Source: Eledone cirrhosa
Lineage: Eukaryota
DNA length: 64,000 nt
NCBI GenBank assembly: GCA_964016885.1
Contig: OZ024743.1
Span: 221,960,001 to 222,024,000 of the forward strand
Direction: 5' to 3'
Part shown: one piece after another, positions 1 through 16,300 of the stretch
How the letters are laid out: each line of letters opens with the position of its first letter
Numbering within the stretch: the stretch's first letter is position 1
Translations under genes and position numbers: made by a program
Notes under the pieces: model-generated
Database searches by the model: none
Told to the model about the DNA's origin: nothing
What the model saw: only the letters and a program-made list of their open reading frames with translations

Positions 1-120
1 ATAAACCTGAGATTGAATGGTGCTTAATTAGATTCTGTGGTAAGTACATTAGAATAGCAACGGTTAGGGCTGCGAGTAATGTTTCGTGATAATTTGTAAA
101 CGATACAATTTGATGGTTTT
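1..120 (-). pseudogene. Possible highly decayed GIY-YIG (Penelope-like) endonuclease fragment
   Basis: Minus-strand translation reads NCIVYKLSRNI...ESN*APFNLRF, resembling the 'VYxxxC...YxGxT...FxxR' layout of PLE GIY-YIG domains. It has an in-frame stop and no intact YIG. The surrounding 1-560 region is C/A-rich on the minus strand, like PLE sense strands. Confidence 0.2.
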
Positions 121-173
121 GGTTAGGGGGTTAGGGTTAGGGTTAGGGTTAGGGTTTTGGTTAGGGGGTTAGG
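121..173 (+). repeat. Short interstitial telomere-like (TTAGGG)n tract
   Basis: Four perfect TTAGGG units at 131-154 flanked by degenerate GGTTAGGGGG units. Confidence 0.8.
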
Positions 174-585
174 AAGTGGTAGGGATTATAGCTTTAGTGG
201 TGATGGTACTTATAGGTTAGTATCGAAGGAAATCAGTTCAGTGGTTACGAGGCTTATGCTTGAAGTGGAGGGTTTGAGTAGTTGTAGGGTGGAAGAGGAG
301 AATAGGTGTATTGCATAAGGTACAGTATAAGAGTAGATTTTTAACAGGGAACGGAAGTAGCACGAAAGGGGAGGGTTATTAAGTCTTGGTTATTAAGGCT
401 TTACATGTGATTAAAGAGGCCTTTGTTAAGTATTGTGATGGGATATATAACAATATTGGTATGGATATAAGTGGAAGTAAGGAATCGGGAGCTGACATTT
501 TAGTTAAAGAGAGGCATGGATAGATATGAAAGAGGGGAAGAGAGAAAGAGACTTAGAATTATCTTCACTGAAAGTTTAAAAGCCA

Positions 586-618
586 ACACACACACACGCA
601 CACACACACACTCACACA

Positions 619-703
<85 letters not shown>

Positions 704-727
704 GCGCAGACACACACATACACACAC
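586..727 (+). repeat. (CA)n microsatellite
   Basis: Direct inspection. Confidence 0.98.
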
Positions 728-854
728 GTAAAATGAGTTAATACCTGTATGTATATCTTTTCAATTCCAATTACTTGCGCCAAGCCGGGTTTGCTGAGTA
801 TTCTAATTTTTTGTTTATGAGCCATCACCCACCCACCCCCTGTCTAAATCCGGC

Positions 855-972
<118 letters not shown>

Positions 973-1321
973 ACACCAATACAGAATCCTTCTCAGATGT
1001 TAGCTATACTTTCAGTATGTGTCACACTATATATATAACTAACATACACACTGTTATTTAAGCCATATATACCCACTAACAGTCTAGTCATCAAACATAT
1101 ATTTACTTCGTGTGTAGTCATAATATATATGTTGTCGAACATTGTGAATAAAGTTATAATTTATATACACTTTGACAAGCTAATCATCATCTCTATCCAC
1201 TATCTCTGATGAATCATAGTCTCTATATACATTGTCGATGTAAATATTATCTGCATACTCATTGTCAATTTGAACACGCAGTAACATTTTTTTATTAAGT
1301 CTACTAACATAATATGAAGTG

Positions 1322-4300
1322 TGTGTATCTGGTGTACAATAGGTACATCATATCTTTAACATAGTTGTGTATCTGGTGTACAATAGGTACATCATATCTT
1401 TAACATAGTTGTGTATCTGGTGTACAATAGGTACATCATAACTTTAACATAGTTGTGTATCTGGTGTACAATAGGTACATCATATATTTAACGTAGTTGT
1501 GTATATGGTGTACAATAGATACATCATATCTTTAACATAGTTGTGTATCTGGTGTACAATAGGTACATCATATCTTTAACATAACTGTGTATCTGGTGTA
1601 CAATAGGTACATCATATCTTTAACATAGTTGTGTATCTGGTGTACAATAGGTACATCATATCTTTAACATAGATGTGTATCTGGTGTACAATAGGTACAT
1701 CATATCTTTAACATAGTTGTGTATCTGGTGTACAATAGGTACATCATATCTTTAACATAACTGTGTATCTGGTGTACAATAGGTACATCATATATTTAAC
1801 ATAACTGTGTATCTGGTGTACAATAGGTACATCATATCTTTAACATAGTTGTGTATCTGGTGTACAATAGGTACATCATATCTTTAACATAGTTGTGTAT
1901 CTGGTGTACAATAGGTACATCATATATTTAACATAGTTGTGTATATGGTGTACAATAGGTACATCATATCTTTAACATAGTTGTGTATCTGGTGTACAAT
2001 AGGTACATCATATCTTTAACAAAGTTGTGTATCTGGTGTACAATAGGTACATTATATCTTTAACATAACTGTGTATCTGGTGTACAATAGGTACATCATA
2101 TCTTTAACATAGTTGTGTATCTGGTTTACAATAGATACATCATATCTTTAACATAGTTGTGTATCTGGTGTACAATAGGTACATCATATCTTTAACATAA
2201 CTGTGTATCTGGTGTACAATAGATACATCATATCTTTAACATAGTTGTGTATCTGGTGTACAATAGGTACATCATATCTTTAACATAGTTGTGTATCTGG
2301 TGTACAATAGGTACATCATATCTTTAACATAGTTGTGTATCTGGTGTACAATAGGTACATCATATCTTTAACATAACTGTGTATCTGGTGTACAATAGGT
2401 ACATCATATCTTTAACATAGTTGTGTATCTGGTGTACAATAGGTACATCATATCTTTAACATAGTTGTGTATATGGTGTACAATATGTACATCATATCTT
2501 TAACATAGTTGTGTGTCTGGTGTACAATAGGTACATCATATATTTAACGTAGTTGTGTATATGGTGTACAATAGATACATCATATCTTTAACATAACTGT
2601 GTATCTGGTGTACAATAGATACATCATATCTTTAACATAGTTGTGTATCTGGTGTACAATACGTACATCATATCTTTAACATAACTGTGTATCTGCTGTA
2701 CAATAGATAATCATATCTTTAACATAGTTGTGTATATGGTGTACAATAGGTACATCATATCTTTAACATAGTTGTGTATCTGGTGTACAATAGGTAAATC
2801 ATATCTTTAACATAGTTGTGTATCTGGTGTACAATAGGTACATCATATCTTTAACATAGTTGTGTATCTGGTGTACAATAGGTACATCATATCTTTAACA
2901 TAGTTGTGTATCTGGTGTACAATAGGTACATCATATCTTTAACATAGTTGTGTATCTGGTGTACAATAGGTACATCATATCTTTAACATAACTGTGTATC
3001 TGGTGTACAATAGGTACATCATATCTTTAACATAGTTGTGTATCTGGTGTACAATAGGTACATCATATCTTTAACATAACTGTGTATCTGGTGTACAATA
3101 GGTACATCATATCTTTAACATAGTTGTGTATCTGGTGTACAATAGGTACATCATATCTTTGACATAGTTGTGTATATGGTGTACAATAGGTACATCATAT
3201 ATTTAACATAGTTGTGTATCTGGTGTACAATAGGTACATCATATATTTAACATAGTTGTGTATCTGGTGTACAATAGGTACATCATATCTTTAACATAAC
3301 TGTGTATCTGGTGTACAATAGGTACATCATATCTTTAACATAGTTGTGTATCTGGTGTACAATAGGTACATCATATATTTAACATAGTTGTGTATATGGT
3401 GTACAATAGGTACATCATATCTTTAACATAACTGTGTATCTGGTATACAATAGGTACATCAAATCTTTAACATAGTTGTGTATATGGTGTACAATAGGTA
3501 CATCATATCTTTAACATAACTGTGTATCTGGTGTACAATAGGTACATCATATATATAACATAACTGTGTATCTGGTGTACAATAGGTACATCATAGCTTT
3601 AACATAGTTGTGTATCTGGTGTACAATAGGTACATCATATCTTTAACATAGTTGTGTATCTGGTTTACAATAGGTACATCATATCTTTAACATAGTTGTG
3701 TATCTGGTGTACAATAGGTACATCATATCTTTAACATAACTGTGTATCTGGTGTACAATAGGTACATCATATCTTTAACATAGTTGTGTATCTGGTGTAC
3801 AATAGGTACATCATATCTTTAACATAACTGTGTATCTGGTGTACAATATGTACATCATATCTTTAACATAGTTGTGTATCTGGTGTACAATAGGTACATC
3901 ATATCTTTGACATAGTTGTGTATATGGTGTACAATAGGTACATCATATATTTAACATAGTTGTGTATCTGGTGTACAATAGGTACATCATATATTTAACA
4001 TAGTTGTGTATCTGGTGTACAATAGGTACATCATATCTTTAACATAGTTGTGTATCTGGTGTACAATAGGTACATCATATATTTAACATAGTTGTGTATA
4101 TGGTGTACAATAGGTACATCATATCTTTAACATAACTGTGTATCTGGTATACAATAGGTACATCAAATATTTAACATAGTTGTGTATATGGTGTACAATA
4201 GGTACATCATATATTTACCATAGTTGTGTATATGGTGTACAATAGGTACATCATATCTTTAACATAGTTGTGTATCTGGTGTACAATAGGTACATCATAG

Positions 4301-7300
4301 CTTTAACATAGTTGTGTACATCTGGTGTACAATAGGTACATCATATCTTTAACATAGTTGTGTATCTGGTGTACAATAGGTACATCATATCTTTAAAATA
4401 ACTGTGTAACTGGAATACAATAGGTACATCATATCTTTAACATAGTTGTGTATCTGGTATACAATAGGTACATCATATCTTTAACATAACTGGGTATATG
4501 GTGTACAATAGGTACATCATATCTTTAACATAGTTGTGTATCTGGTGTACAATAGGTACATCATATATTTACCATAGTTGTGTATATGGTGTACAATAGG
4601 TACATCATATCTTTAACATAGTTGTGTATATGGTGTACAATAGGTACATCATATCTTTAACATAGTTGTGTATACGGTGTACAATAGGTACATCATATTT
4701 TTAACATAGTTGTGTATCTGGTTGACAATAGGTACATCATATCTTTAACATAACTGTGTATCTGGTGTACAATAGATACATCATATCTTTAACATAGTTG
4801 TGTATCTGGTGTACAATATGTACATCATATCTTTAACATAACTGTGTATCTGGTGTACAATAGGTACATCATATATTTAACATAGTTGTGTATCTGGTGT
4901 ACAATAGGTACATCATATCTTTAACATAGTTGTGTATCTGGTGTACAATAGGTACATCATATCTTTAACATAGTTGTGTATCTGGTGTACAATAGGTACA
5001 TCATATCTTTAACAGAGTTGTGTATCTGGTGTACAAAAGGTACATCATATCTTTAACATAACTGTGTATCTGGTGTACAATAGGTACATCATATCTTTAA
5101 CATAGTTGTGTATCTGGTGTACAATAGGTACATCATATCTTTAACATAGTTGTGTATATGGTGTACAATAGGTACATCATATCTTTAACATAGTTGTGTA
5201 TCTGGTGTACAATAGGTACATCATAGCTTTAACATAGTTGTGTATCTGGTGTACAATAGATACATCATATCTTTAACATAGTTGTGTATATGGTGTACAA
5301 TAGGTACATCATATCTTTAACATAGTTGTGTATCTGGTGTACAATAGGTAAATCATATCTTTAACATAGTTGTGTATCTGGTGTACAATAGGTACATCAT
5401 ATCTTTAACATAGTTGTGTATCTGGTGTACAATAGGTACATCATATCTTTAACATAGTTGTGTATCTGGTGTACAATAGGTACATCATATATATAACATA
5501 GTTGTGTATCTGGTGTACAATAGATACATCATATCTTTAACATAGTTGTGTATATGGTGTACAATAGATACATCATATCTTTAACATAACTGTGTATCTG
5601 GTGTACAATAGATACATCATATCTTTAACATAGTTGTGTATCTGGTGTACAATACGTACATCATATCTTTAACATAACTGTGTATCTGCTGTACAATAGA
5701 TACATCATATCTTTAACATAGTTGTGTACATCTGGTGTACAATAGGTACATCATATCTTTAACATAGTTGTGTATCTGGTGTACAATAGATACATCATAT
5801 CTTTAACATAGTTGTGTATATGGTTTACAATAGGTACATCATATCTTTAACATAGTTGTGTATCTGGTGTACAATAGGTAAATCATATCTTTAACATTGT
5901 TGTGTATCTGGTGTACAATAGGTACATCATATCTTTAACATAGTTGTGTATCTGGTGTACAATAGGTACATCATATCTTTAACAAATTTGTGTATCTGGT
6001 GTACAATAGGTACATCATATCTTTAACATAGTTGTGTATCTGGTTTACAATAGGTACATCATATCTTTAACATAGTTGTGTATCTGGTGTACAATAGGTA
6101 CATCATATCTTTAACATAACTTTGTATCTGGTGTACAATAGGTACATCATACCTTTAACATAGTTGTGTATCTGGTGTACAATAGGTACATCATATCTTT
6201 AACATAACTGTGTATCTGTTGTACAATAGGTACATCATATCTTTAACATAGTTGTGTATCTGGTGTACAATAGGTACATCATATCTTTGACATAGTTGTG
6301 TATATGGTGTACAATAGGTACATCATATATTTAACATAGTTGTGTATCTGGTGTACAATAGGTACATCATATATTTAACATAGTTGTGTATCTGGTGTAC
6401 AATAGGTACATCATATCTTTAACATAACTGTGTATCTGGTGTACAATAGGTACATCATATCTTTAACATAGTTGTGTATCTGGTGTACAATAGGTACATC
6501 ATATATTTAACATAGTTGTGTATATGGTGTACAATAGGTACATCATATCTTTAACATAACTGTGTATCTGGTATACAATAGGTACATCAAATCTTTAACA
6601 TAGTTGTGTATATGGTGTACAATAGGTACATCATATCTTTAACATAACTGTGTATCTGGTGTACAATAGGTACATCATATATATAACATAGTTGTGTATA
6701 TGGTGGACAATAGGTACATCATATCTTTAACATAGTTTTGTATCTGGTGTACAATAGGTACATCATATCTTTAACATAACTGTGTATCTGGTGTACAATA
6801 GGTACATAATAGCTTTAACATAGTTGTGTACATCTGGTGTACAATAGGTACATCATATCTTTAACATAGTTGTGTATCTGGTGTACAATAGGTACATCAT
6901 ATCTTTAACATAACTGTGTATCTGGAATACAATAGGTACATCATACCTTTAACATAGTTGTGTATCTGGTATACAATAGGTACATCATATCTTTAACATA
7001 ACTGTGTATATGGTGTACAATAGGTACATCATATCTTTAACATAGTTGTGTATCTGGTGTACAATAGGTACATCATATATTTACCATAGTTGTGTATATG
7101 GTGTACAATAGGTACATCATATCTTTAACATAGTTGTGTATATGGTGTACGATAGGTACATCATATCTTTAACATAGTTGTGTATACGGTGAACAATAGG
7201 TACATCATATCTTTAACATAGTTGTGTATCTGGTTGACAATAGGTACATCATATCTTTAACATAACTGTGTATCTGGTGTACAATAGATACATCATATCT

Positions 7301-10300
7301 TTAACATAGTTGTGTATCTGGTGTACAATATGTACATCATATATTTAATATAACTGTGTATCTGGTGTACAATAGGTACATCATATATTTAACATAGTTG
7401 TGTATCTGGTGTACAATAGGTACATCATATCTTTAACATAGTTGTGTATCTGGTGTACAATGGGTACATCATATCTTTAACATAACTGTGTATCTGGTGT
7501 ACAATAGGTACATCATATCTTTAACATAGTTCTGTATCTGGTGTACAATAGGTACATCATATCTTTAACATAGCTGTGTATGTGGTGTACAATAGGTACA
7601 TCATATCTTTAACATAGTTGTGTATATGGTGTACAATAGGTACATCATATCTTTAAGAGAGTTGTGTATATGGTGTACAATAGGTACATCATATCTTTAA
7701 CATAGTTGTGTATCTGGTTTACAATAGATACATCATGTCTTTAACATAACTGTGTATCTGGTGTACAATAGATACATCATATCTTTAACATAGTTGTGTG
7801 TCTGGTGTACAATAGATACATCATATCTTTAAGATAACTGTGTATCTGGTGTACAATAGGTACATCATATCTTTAACATAGTTGTGTATCTGGTGTACAA
7901 TAGGTACATCATATCTTTAACATAACTGTGTATATGGTGTACAATAGGTACATCATATCTTTAACATAGTTGTGTATCTGATGTACAATAGGTACATCAT
8001 ATATTTAACGTAGTTGTGTATATGGTGTACAATAGATACATCATATCTTTAACATAACTGTGTATCTGGTGTACAATAGATACATCATATCTTTAACATA
8101 GTTGTGTATCTGGTGTACAATAGGTACATCATATCTTTAACATAACTGTGTATCTGGTGTCAATAGATACATCATATCTTTAACATAGTTGTGTATCTGG
8201 TGTACAATAGGTACATCATATCTTTAACATAGTTGTGTATCTGGTGTACAATAGGTACATCATATCTTTAACATAGTTGTGTATCTGGTGTACAATAGGT
8301 ACATCATATCTTTAACATAACTGTGTATCTGGTGTACAATAGGTACATCATATCTTTAACATAAATGTGCATCTGGTGTACAATAGGTACATCATATATT
8401 TAACATTACTGTGTATCTGGTGTACAATAGGTACATCATATATTTAACATAGTTGTGTATATGGTGTACAATAGGTACATCATATCTTTAACATAGTTGT
8501 GTATCTGGTGTACAATAGGTACATTATATCTTTAACATAGTTGTGTATCTGGTGTACAATAGGTACATCATATCTTTAACATAACTGTGTATCTGGTGTA
8601 CAATAGGTACATCATATATATAACATAGTTGTGTATATGGTGTACAATAGGTACATCATATCTTTAACATAGTTGTGTATCTGGTGTACAATAGGTACAT
8701 CATATCTTTAACATAACTGTGTATCTGGTGTACAATAGGTACATCATAGCTTTAACATAGTTGTGTACATCTGGTGTACAATAGGTACATCATATCTTTA
8801 ACATAGTTGTGTATCTGGTGTACAATAGGTACATCATATCTTTAACATAACTGTGTATCTGGTATACAATAGGTACATCATATCTTTAACATAGTTGTGT
8901 ATCTGGTGTACAATAGGTACATCATATCTTTAACATAACTGTGTATATGGTGTACAATAGGTACATCATATCTTTAACATAGTTGTGTATCTGATGTACA
9001 ATAGGTACATCATATATTTAACGTAGTTGTGTATATGGTGTACAATAGATACATCATATCTTTAACATAACTGTGTATATGGTGTACAATAGATACATCA
9101 TATCTTTAACATAGTTGTGTATCTGGTGTACAATAGGTACATCATATCTTTAACATAACTGTGTATCTGGTGTCAATAGATACATCATATCTTTAACATA
9201 GTTGTGTATCTGGTGTACAATAGGTACATCATATCTTTAACATAGTTGTGTATCTGGTGTACAATAGGTACATCATATCTTTAACATAGTTGTGTATCTG
9301 GTGTACAATAGGTACATCATATCTTTAACATAACTGTGTATCTGGTGTACAATAGGTACATCATATCTTTAACATAACTGTGCATCTGGTGTACAATAGG
9401 TACATCATATATTTAACATTACTGTGTATCTGGTGTACAATAGGTACATCATATATTTAACATAGTTGTGTATATGGTGTACAATAGGTACATCATATCT
9501 TTAACATAGTTGTGTATCTGGTGTACAATAGGTACATTATATCTTTAACATAGTTGTGTATCTGGTGTACAATAGGTACATCATATCTTTAACATAACTG
9601 TGTATCTGGTGTACAATAGGTACATCATATATATAACATAGTTGTGTATATGGTGTACAATAGGTACATCATATCTTTAACATAGTTGTGTATCTGGTGT
9701 ACAATAGGTACATCATATCTTTAACATAACTGTGTATCTGGTGTACAATAGGTACATCATAGCTTTAACATAGTTGTGTACATCTGGTGTACAATAGGTA
9801 CATCATATCTTTAACATAGTTGTGTATCTGGTGTACAATAGGTACATCATATCTTTAACATAACTGTGTATCTGGTATACAATAGGTACATCATATCTTT
9901 AACATAGTTGTGTATCTGGTATACAATAGGTACATCATATCTTTAACATAACTGTGTATATGGTGTACAATAGGTACATCATATCTTTAACATAGTTGTT
10001 TATCTGGTGTACAATAGGTACATCATATATTTACCATAGTTGTGTATATGGTGTACAATAGGTACATCATATCTTTAACATAGTTGTGTATCTGGTGTAC
10101 AATAGGTACATCATATCTTTAACATAGTTGTGTATCTGGTGTACAATAGGTACATCATATCTTTAACATAGTTGTGTATATGGTGTACAATAGGTACATC
10201 ATATATTTAACATAACTGTGTATCTGGTGTACAATAGGTACATCATATATTTAACATAGTTGTGTATATGGTGTACAATAGGTACATCATATCTTTAACA

Positions 10301-13300
10301 TAGTTGTGTATCTGGTGTACAATAGGTACATTATATCTTTAACATAGTTGTGTATCTGGTGTACAATAGGTACATCATATATTTAACATATTTGTGTATC
10401 TGGTGTACAATAGATACATCATATCTTTAACATAGTTGTGTATCTGGTGTACAATAGGTACATCATATCTTTAACATAACAGTGTATCTGGTGTACAATA
10501 GGTACATCATATCTTTAACATAGTTGTGTATATGGTGTACAATAGGTACATCATATCTTTAACATAGTTGTGTATCTGGTGTACAATAGGTACATCATAT
10601 CTTTAACATAGTTGTGTATCTGGTGTACAATATGTACATCATATCTTTAACATAACTGTGTATCTGGTGTACAATAGGTACATCATATATTTAACATAGT
10701 TGTGTATCTGGTGTACAATAGGTACATCATATCTTTAACATAGTTGTGTATCTGGTGTACAATAGGTACATCATATCTTTAACATAACTGTGTATCTGGT
10801 GTACAATAGGTACATCATATCTTTAACATAGTTGTGTATCTGGTGTACAATAGGTACATCATATCTTTAACATAGCTGTGTATATGGTGTACAATAGGTA
10901 CATCATATCTTTAACATAGTTGTGTATATGGTGTACAATAGGTACATCATATCTTTAACAAAGTTGTGTATATGGTGTACAATAGGTACATCATATCTTT
11001 AACATAGTTGTGTATCTGGTGTACAATAGGTACATCATATCTTTAACATAGCTGTGTATATGGTGTACAATAGGTACATCATATATTTAACGTAGTTGTG
11101 TATATGGTGTACAATAGGTACATCATATCTTTAACAAAGTTGTGTATATGGTGTACAATAGGTACATCATATCTTTAACATAGTTGTGTATCTGGTGTAC
11201 AATAGGTACATCATATATTTAACATAGTTGTGTATCTGGTGTACAATAGGTACATCATATATTTAACGTAGTTGTGTATATGGTGTACAATAGATACATC
11301 ATATATTTAATATAACTGTGTATCTGGTGTACAATAGATACATCATATCTTTAACATAGTTGTGTATATGGTGTACAATAGGTACATCATATCTTTAACA
11401 AAGTTGTGTATATGGTGTACAATAGGTACATCATATCTTTAACATAGTTGTGTATCTGGTGTACAATAGGTACATCATATATTTAACATAGTTGTGTATC
11501 TGGTGTACAATAGGTACATCATATATTTAACGTAGTTGTGTATATGGTGTACAATAGATACATCATATATTTAATATAACTGTGTATCTGGTGTACAATA
11601 GATACATCATATCTTTAACATAGTTGTGTATCTGGTGTACAATAGGTACATCATATCTTTAACATAACTGTGTATCTGGTGTCAATAGATACATCATATC
11701 TTTAACATAGTTGTGTATCTGGTGTACAATAGGTACATCATATCTTTAACATAGTTGTGTATCTGGTGTACAATAGGTACATCATATCTTTAACATAGTT
11801 GTGTATCTGGTGTACAATAGGTACATCATATCTTTAACATAACTGTGTATCTGGTGTACAATAGGTACATCATATCTTTAACATAAATGTGCATCTGGTG
11901 TACAATAGGTACATCATATATTTAACATTACTGTGTATCTGGTGTACAATAGGTACATCATATATTTAACATAGTTGTGTATATGGTGTACAATAGGTAC
12001 ATCATATCTTTAACATAGTTGTGTATCTGGTGTACAATAGGTACATTATATCTTTAACATAGTTGTGTATCTGGTGTACAATAGGTACATCATATCTTTA
12101 ACATAACTGTGTATCTGGTGTACAATAGGTACATCATATATATAACATAGTTGTGTATATGGTGTACAATAGGTACATCATATCTTTAACATAGTTGTGT
12201 ATCTGGTGTACAATAGGTACATCATATCTTTAACATAACTGTGTATCTGGTGTACAATAGGTACATCATAGCTTTAACATAGTTGTGTACATCTGGTGTA
12301 CAATAGGTACATCATATCTTTAACATAGTTGTGTATCTGGTGTACAATAGGTACATCATATCTTTAACATAACTGTGTATCTGGTATACAATAGGTACAT
12401 CATATCTTTAACATAGTTGTGTATCTGGTGTACAATAGGTACATCATATCTTTAACATAACTGTGTATATGGTGTACAATAGGTACATCATATCTTTAAC
12501 ATAGTTGTGTATCTGATGTACAATAGGTACATCATATATTTAACGTAGTTGTGTATATGGTGTACAATAGATACATCATATCTTTAACATAACTGTGTAT
12601 ATGGTGTACAATAGATACATCATATCTTTAACATAGTTGTGTATCTGGTGTACAATAGGTACATCATATCTTTAACATAACTGTGTATCTGGTGTCAATA
12701 GATACATCATATCTTTAACATAGTTGTGTATTTGGTGTACAATAGGTACATCATATCTTTAACATAGTTGTGTATCTGGTGTACAATAGGTACATCATAT
12801 CTTTAACATAGTTGTGTATCTGGTGTACAATAGGTACATCATATCTTTAACATAACTGTGTATCTGGTGTACAATAGGTACATCATATCTTTAACATAAC
12901 TGTGCATCTGGTGTACAATAGGTACATCATATATTTAACATTACTGTGTATCTGGTGTACAATAGGTACATCATATATTTAACATAGTTGTGTATATGGT
13001 GTACAATAGGTACATCATATCTTTAACATAGTTGTGTATCTGGTGTACAATAGGTACATTATATCTTTAACATAGTTGTGTATCTGGTGTACAATAGGTA
13101 CATCATATCTTTAACATAACTGTGTATCTGGTGTACAATAGGTACATCATATATATAACATAGTTGTGTATATGGTGTACAATAGGTACATCATATCTTT
13201 AACATAGTTGTGTATCTGGTGTACAATAGGTACATCATATCTTTAACATAACTGTGTATCTGGTGTACAATAGGTACATCATAGCTTTAACATAGTTGTG

Positions 13301-16300
13301 TACATCTGGTGTACAATAGGTACATCATATCTTTAACATAGTTGTGTATCTGGTGTACAATAGGTACATCATATCTTTAACATAACTGTGTATCTGGTAT
13401 ACAATAGGTACATCATATCTTTAACATAGTTGTGTATCTGGTATACAATAGGTACATCATATCTTTAACATAACTGTGTATATGGTGTACAATAGGTACA
13501 TCATATCTTTAACATAGTTGTTTATCTGGTGTACAATAGGTACATCATATATTTACCATAGTTGTGTATATGGTGTACAATAGGTACATCATATCTTTAA
13601 CATAGTTGTGTATCTGGTGTACAATAGGTACATCATATCTTTAACATAGTTGTGTATCTGGTGTACAATAGGTACATCATATCTTTAACATAGTTGTGTA
13701 TATGGTGTACAATAGGTACATCATATATTTAACATAACTGTGTATCTGGTGTACAATAGGTACATCATATATTTAACATAGTTGTGTATATGGTGTACAA
13801 TAGGTACATCATATCTTTAACATAGTTGTGTATCTGGTGTACAATAGGTACATTATATCTTTAACATAGTTGTGTATCTGGTGTACAATAGGTACATCAT
13901 ATATTTAACATATTTGTGTATCTGGTGTACAATAGATACATCATATCTTTAACATAGTTGTGTATCTGGTGTACAATAGGTACATCATATCTTTAACATA
14001 ACAGTGTATCTGGTGTACAATAGGTACATCATATCTTTAACATAGTTGTGTATATGGTGTACAATAGGTACATCATATCTTTAACATAGTTGTGTATCTG
14101 GTGTACAATAGGTACATCATATCTTTAACATAGTTGTGTATCTGGTGTACAATATGTACATCATATCTTTAACATAACTGTGTATCTGGTGTACAATAGG
14201 TACATCATATATTTAACATAGTTGTGTATCTGGTGTACAATAGGTACATCATATCTTTAACATAGTTGTGTATCTGGTGTACAATAGGTACATCATATCT
14301 TTAACATAACTGTGTATCTGGTGTACAATAGGTACATCATATCTTTAACATAGTTGTGTATCTGGTGTACAATAGGTACATCATATCTTTAACATAGCTG
14401 TGTATATGGTGTACAATAGGTACATCATATCTTTAACATAGTTGTGTATATGGTGTACAATAGGTACATCATATCTTTAACAAAGTTGTGTATATGGTGT
14501 ACAATAGGTACATCATATCTTTAACATAGTTGTGTATCTGGTGTACAATAGGTACATCATATCTTTAACATAGCTGTGTATATGGTGTACAATAGGTACA
14601 TCATATATTTAACATAGTTGTGTATCTGGTGTACAATAGGTACATCATATATTTAACGTAGTTGTGTATATGGTGTACAATAGATACATCATATATTTAA
14701 TATAACTGTGTATCTGGTGTACAATAGATACATCATATCTTTAACATAGTTGTGTATCTGGTGTACAATAGGTACATCATATCTTTAACATAACTGTGTA
14801 TCTGGTGTCAATAGATACATCATATCTTTAACATAGTTGTGTATCTCGTGTACAATAGGTACATCATATCTTTAACATAGTTGTGTATCTGGTGTACAAT
14901 AGGTACATCATATCTTTAACATAGTTGTGTATCTGGTGTACAATAGGTACATCATATCTTTAACATAACTGTGTATCTGGTGTACAATAGGTACATCATA
15001 TCTTTAACATAACTGTGTATCTGGTGTACAATAGGTACATCATATATTTAACATAACTGTGTATCTGGTGTACAATAGGTACATCATATATTTAACATAG
15101 TTGTGTATATGGTGTACAATAGGTACATCATATCTTTAACATAGTTGTGTATCTGGTGTACAATAGGTACATTATATCTTTAACATAGTTGTGTATCTGG
15201 TGTACAATAGGTACATCATATCTTTAACATAACTGTGTATCTGGTGTACAATAGGTACATCATATATATAACATAGTTGTGTATATGGTGTACAATAGGT
15301 ACATCATATCTTTAACATAGTTGTGTATCTGGTGTACAATAGGTACATCATATCTTTAACATAACTGTGTATCTGGTGTACAATAGGTACATCATAGCTT
15401 TAACATAGTTGTGTACATCTGGTGTACAATAGGTACATCATATCTTTAACATAGTTGTGTATCTGGTGTACAATAGGTACATCATATCTTTAACATAACT
15501 GTGTATCTGGTATACAATAGGTACATCATATCTTTAACATAGTTGTGTATCTGGTGTACAATAGGTACATCATATCTTTAACATAACTGTGTATATGGTG
15601 TACAATAGGTACATCATATCTTTAACATAGTTGTGTATCTGATGTACAATAGGTACATCATATATTTAACGTAGTTGTGTATATGGTGTACAATAGATAC
15701 ATCATATCTTTAACATAACTGTGTATATGGTGTACAATAGATACATCATATCTTTAACATAGTTGTGTATCTGGTGTACAATAGGTACATCATATCTTTA
15801 ACATAACTGTGTATCTGGTGTCAATAGATACATCATATCTTTAACATAGTTGTGTATCTGGTGTACAATAGGTACATCATATCTTTAACATAGTTGTGTA
15901 TCTGGTGTACAATAGGTACATCATATCTTTAACATAGTTGTGTATCTGGTGTACAATAGGTACATCATATCTTTAACATAACTGTGTATCTGGTGTACAA
16001 TAGGTACATCATATCTTTAACATAACTGTGCATCTGGTGTACAATAGGTACATCATATATTTAACATTACTGTGTATCTGGTGTACAATAGGTACATCAT
16101 ATATTTAACATAGTTGTGTATATGGTGTACAATAGGTACATCATATCTTTAACATAGTTGTGTATCTGGTGTACAATAGGTACATTATATATTTAACATA
16201 GTTGTGTATCTGGTGTACAATAGGTACATCATATCTTTAACATAACTGTGTATCTGGTGTACAATAGGTACATCATATATATAACATAGTTGTGTATATG

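Noticed and set aside
121-173. True telomere at the window start
   Set aside because: Only four perfect units embedded in other sequence, and TTAGGG on the plus strand is the wrong orientation for a left chromosome end.
1200-1255. CTGATGA-ATC...GAT-GTAAA hammerhead-like motif
   Set aside because: GAAA is interrupted and there is no convincing stem I or stem III; at best a decayed relic.
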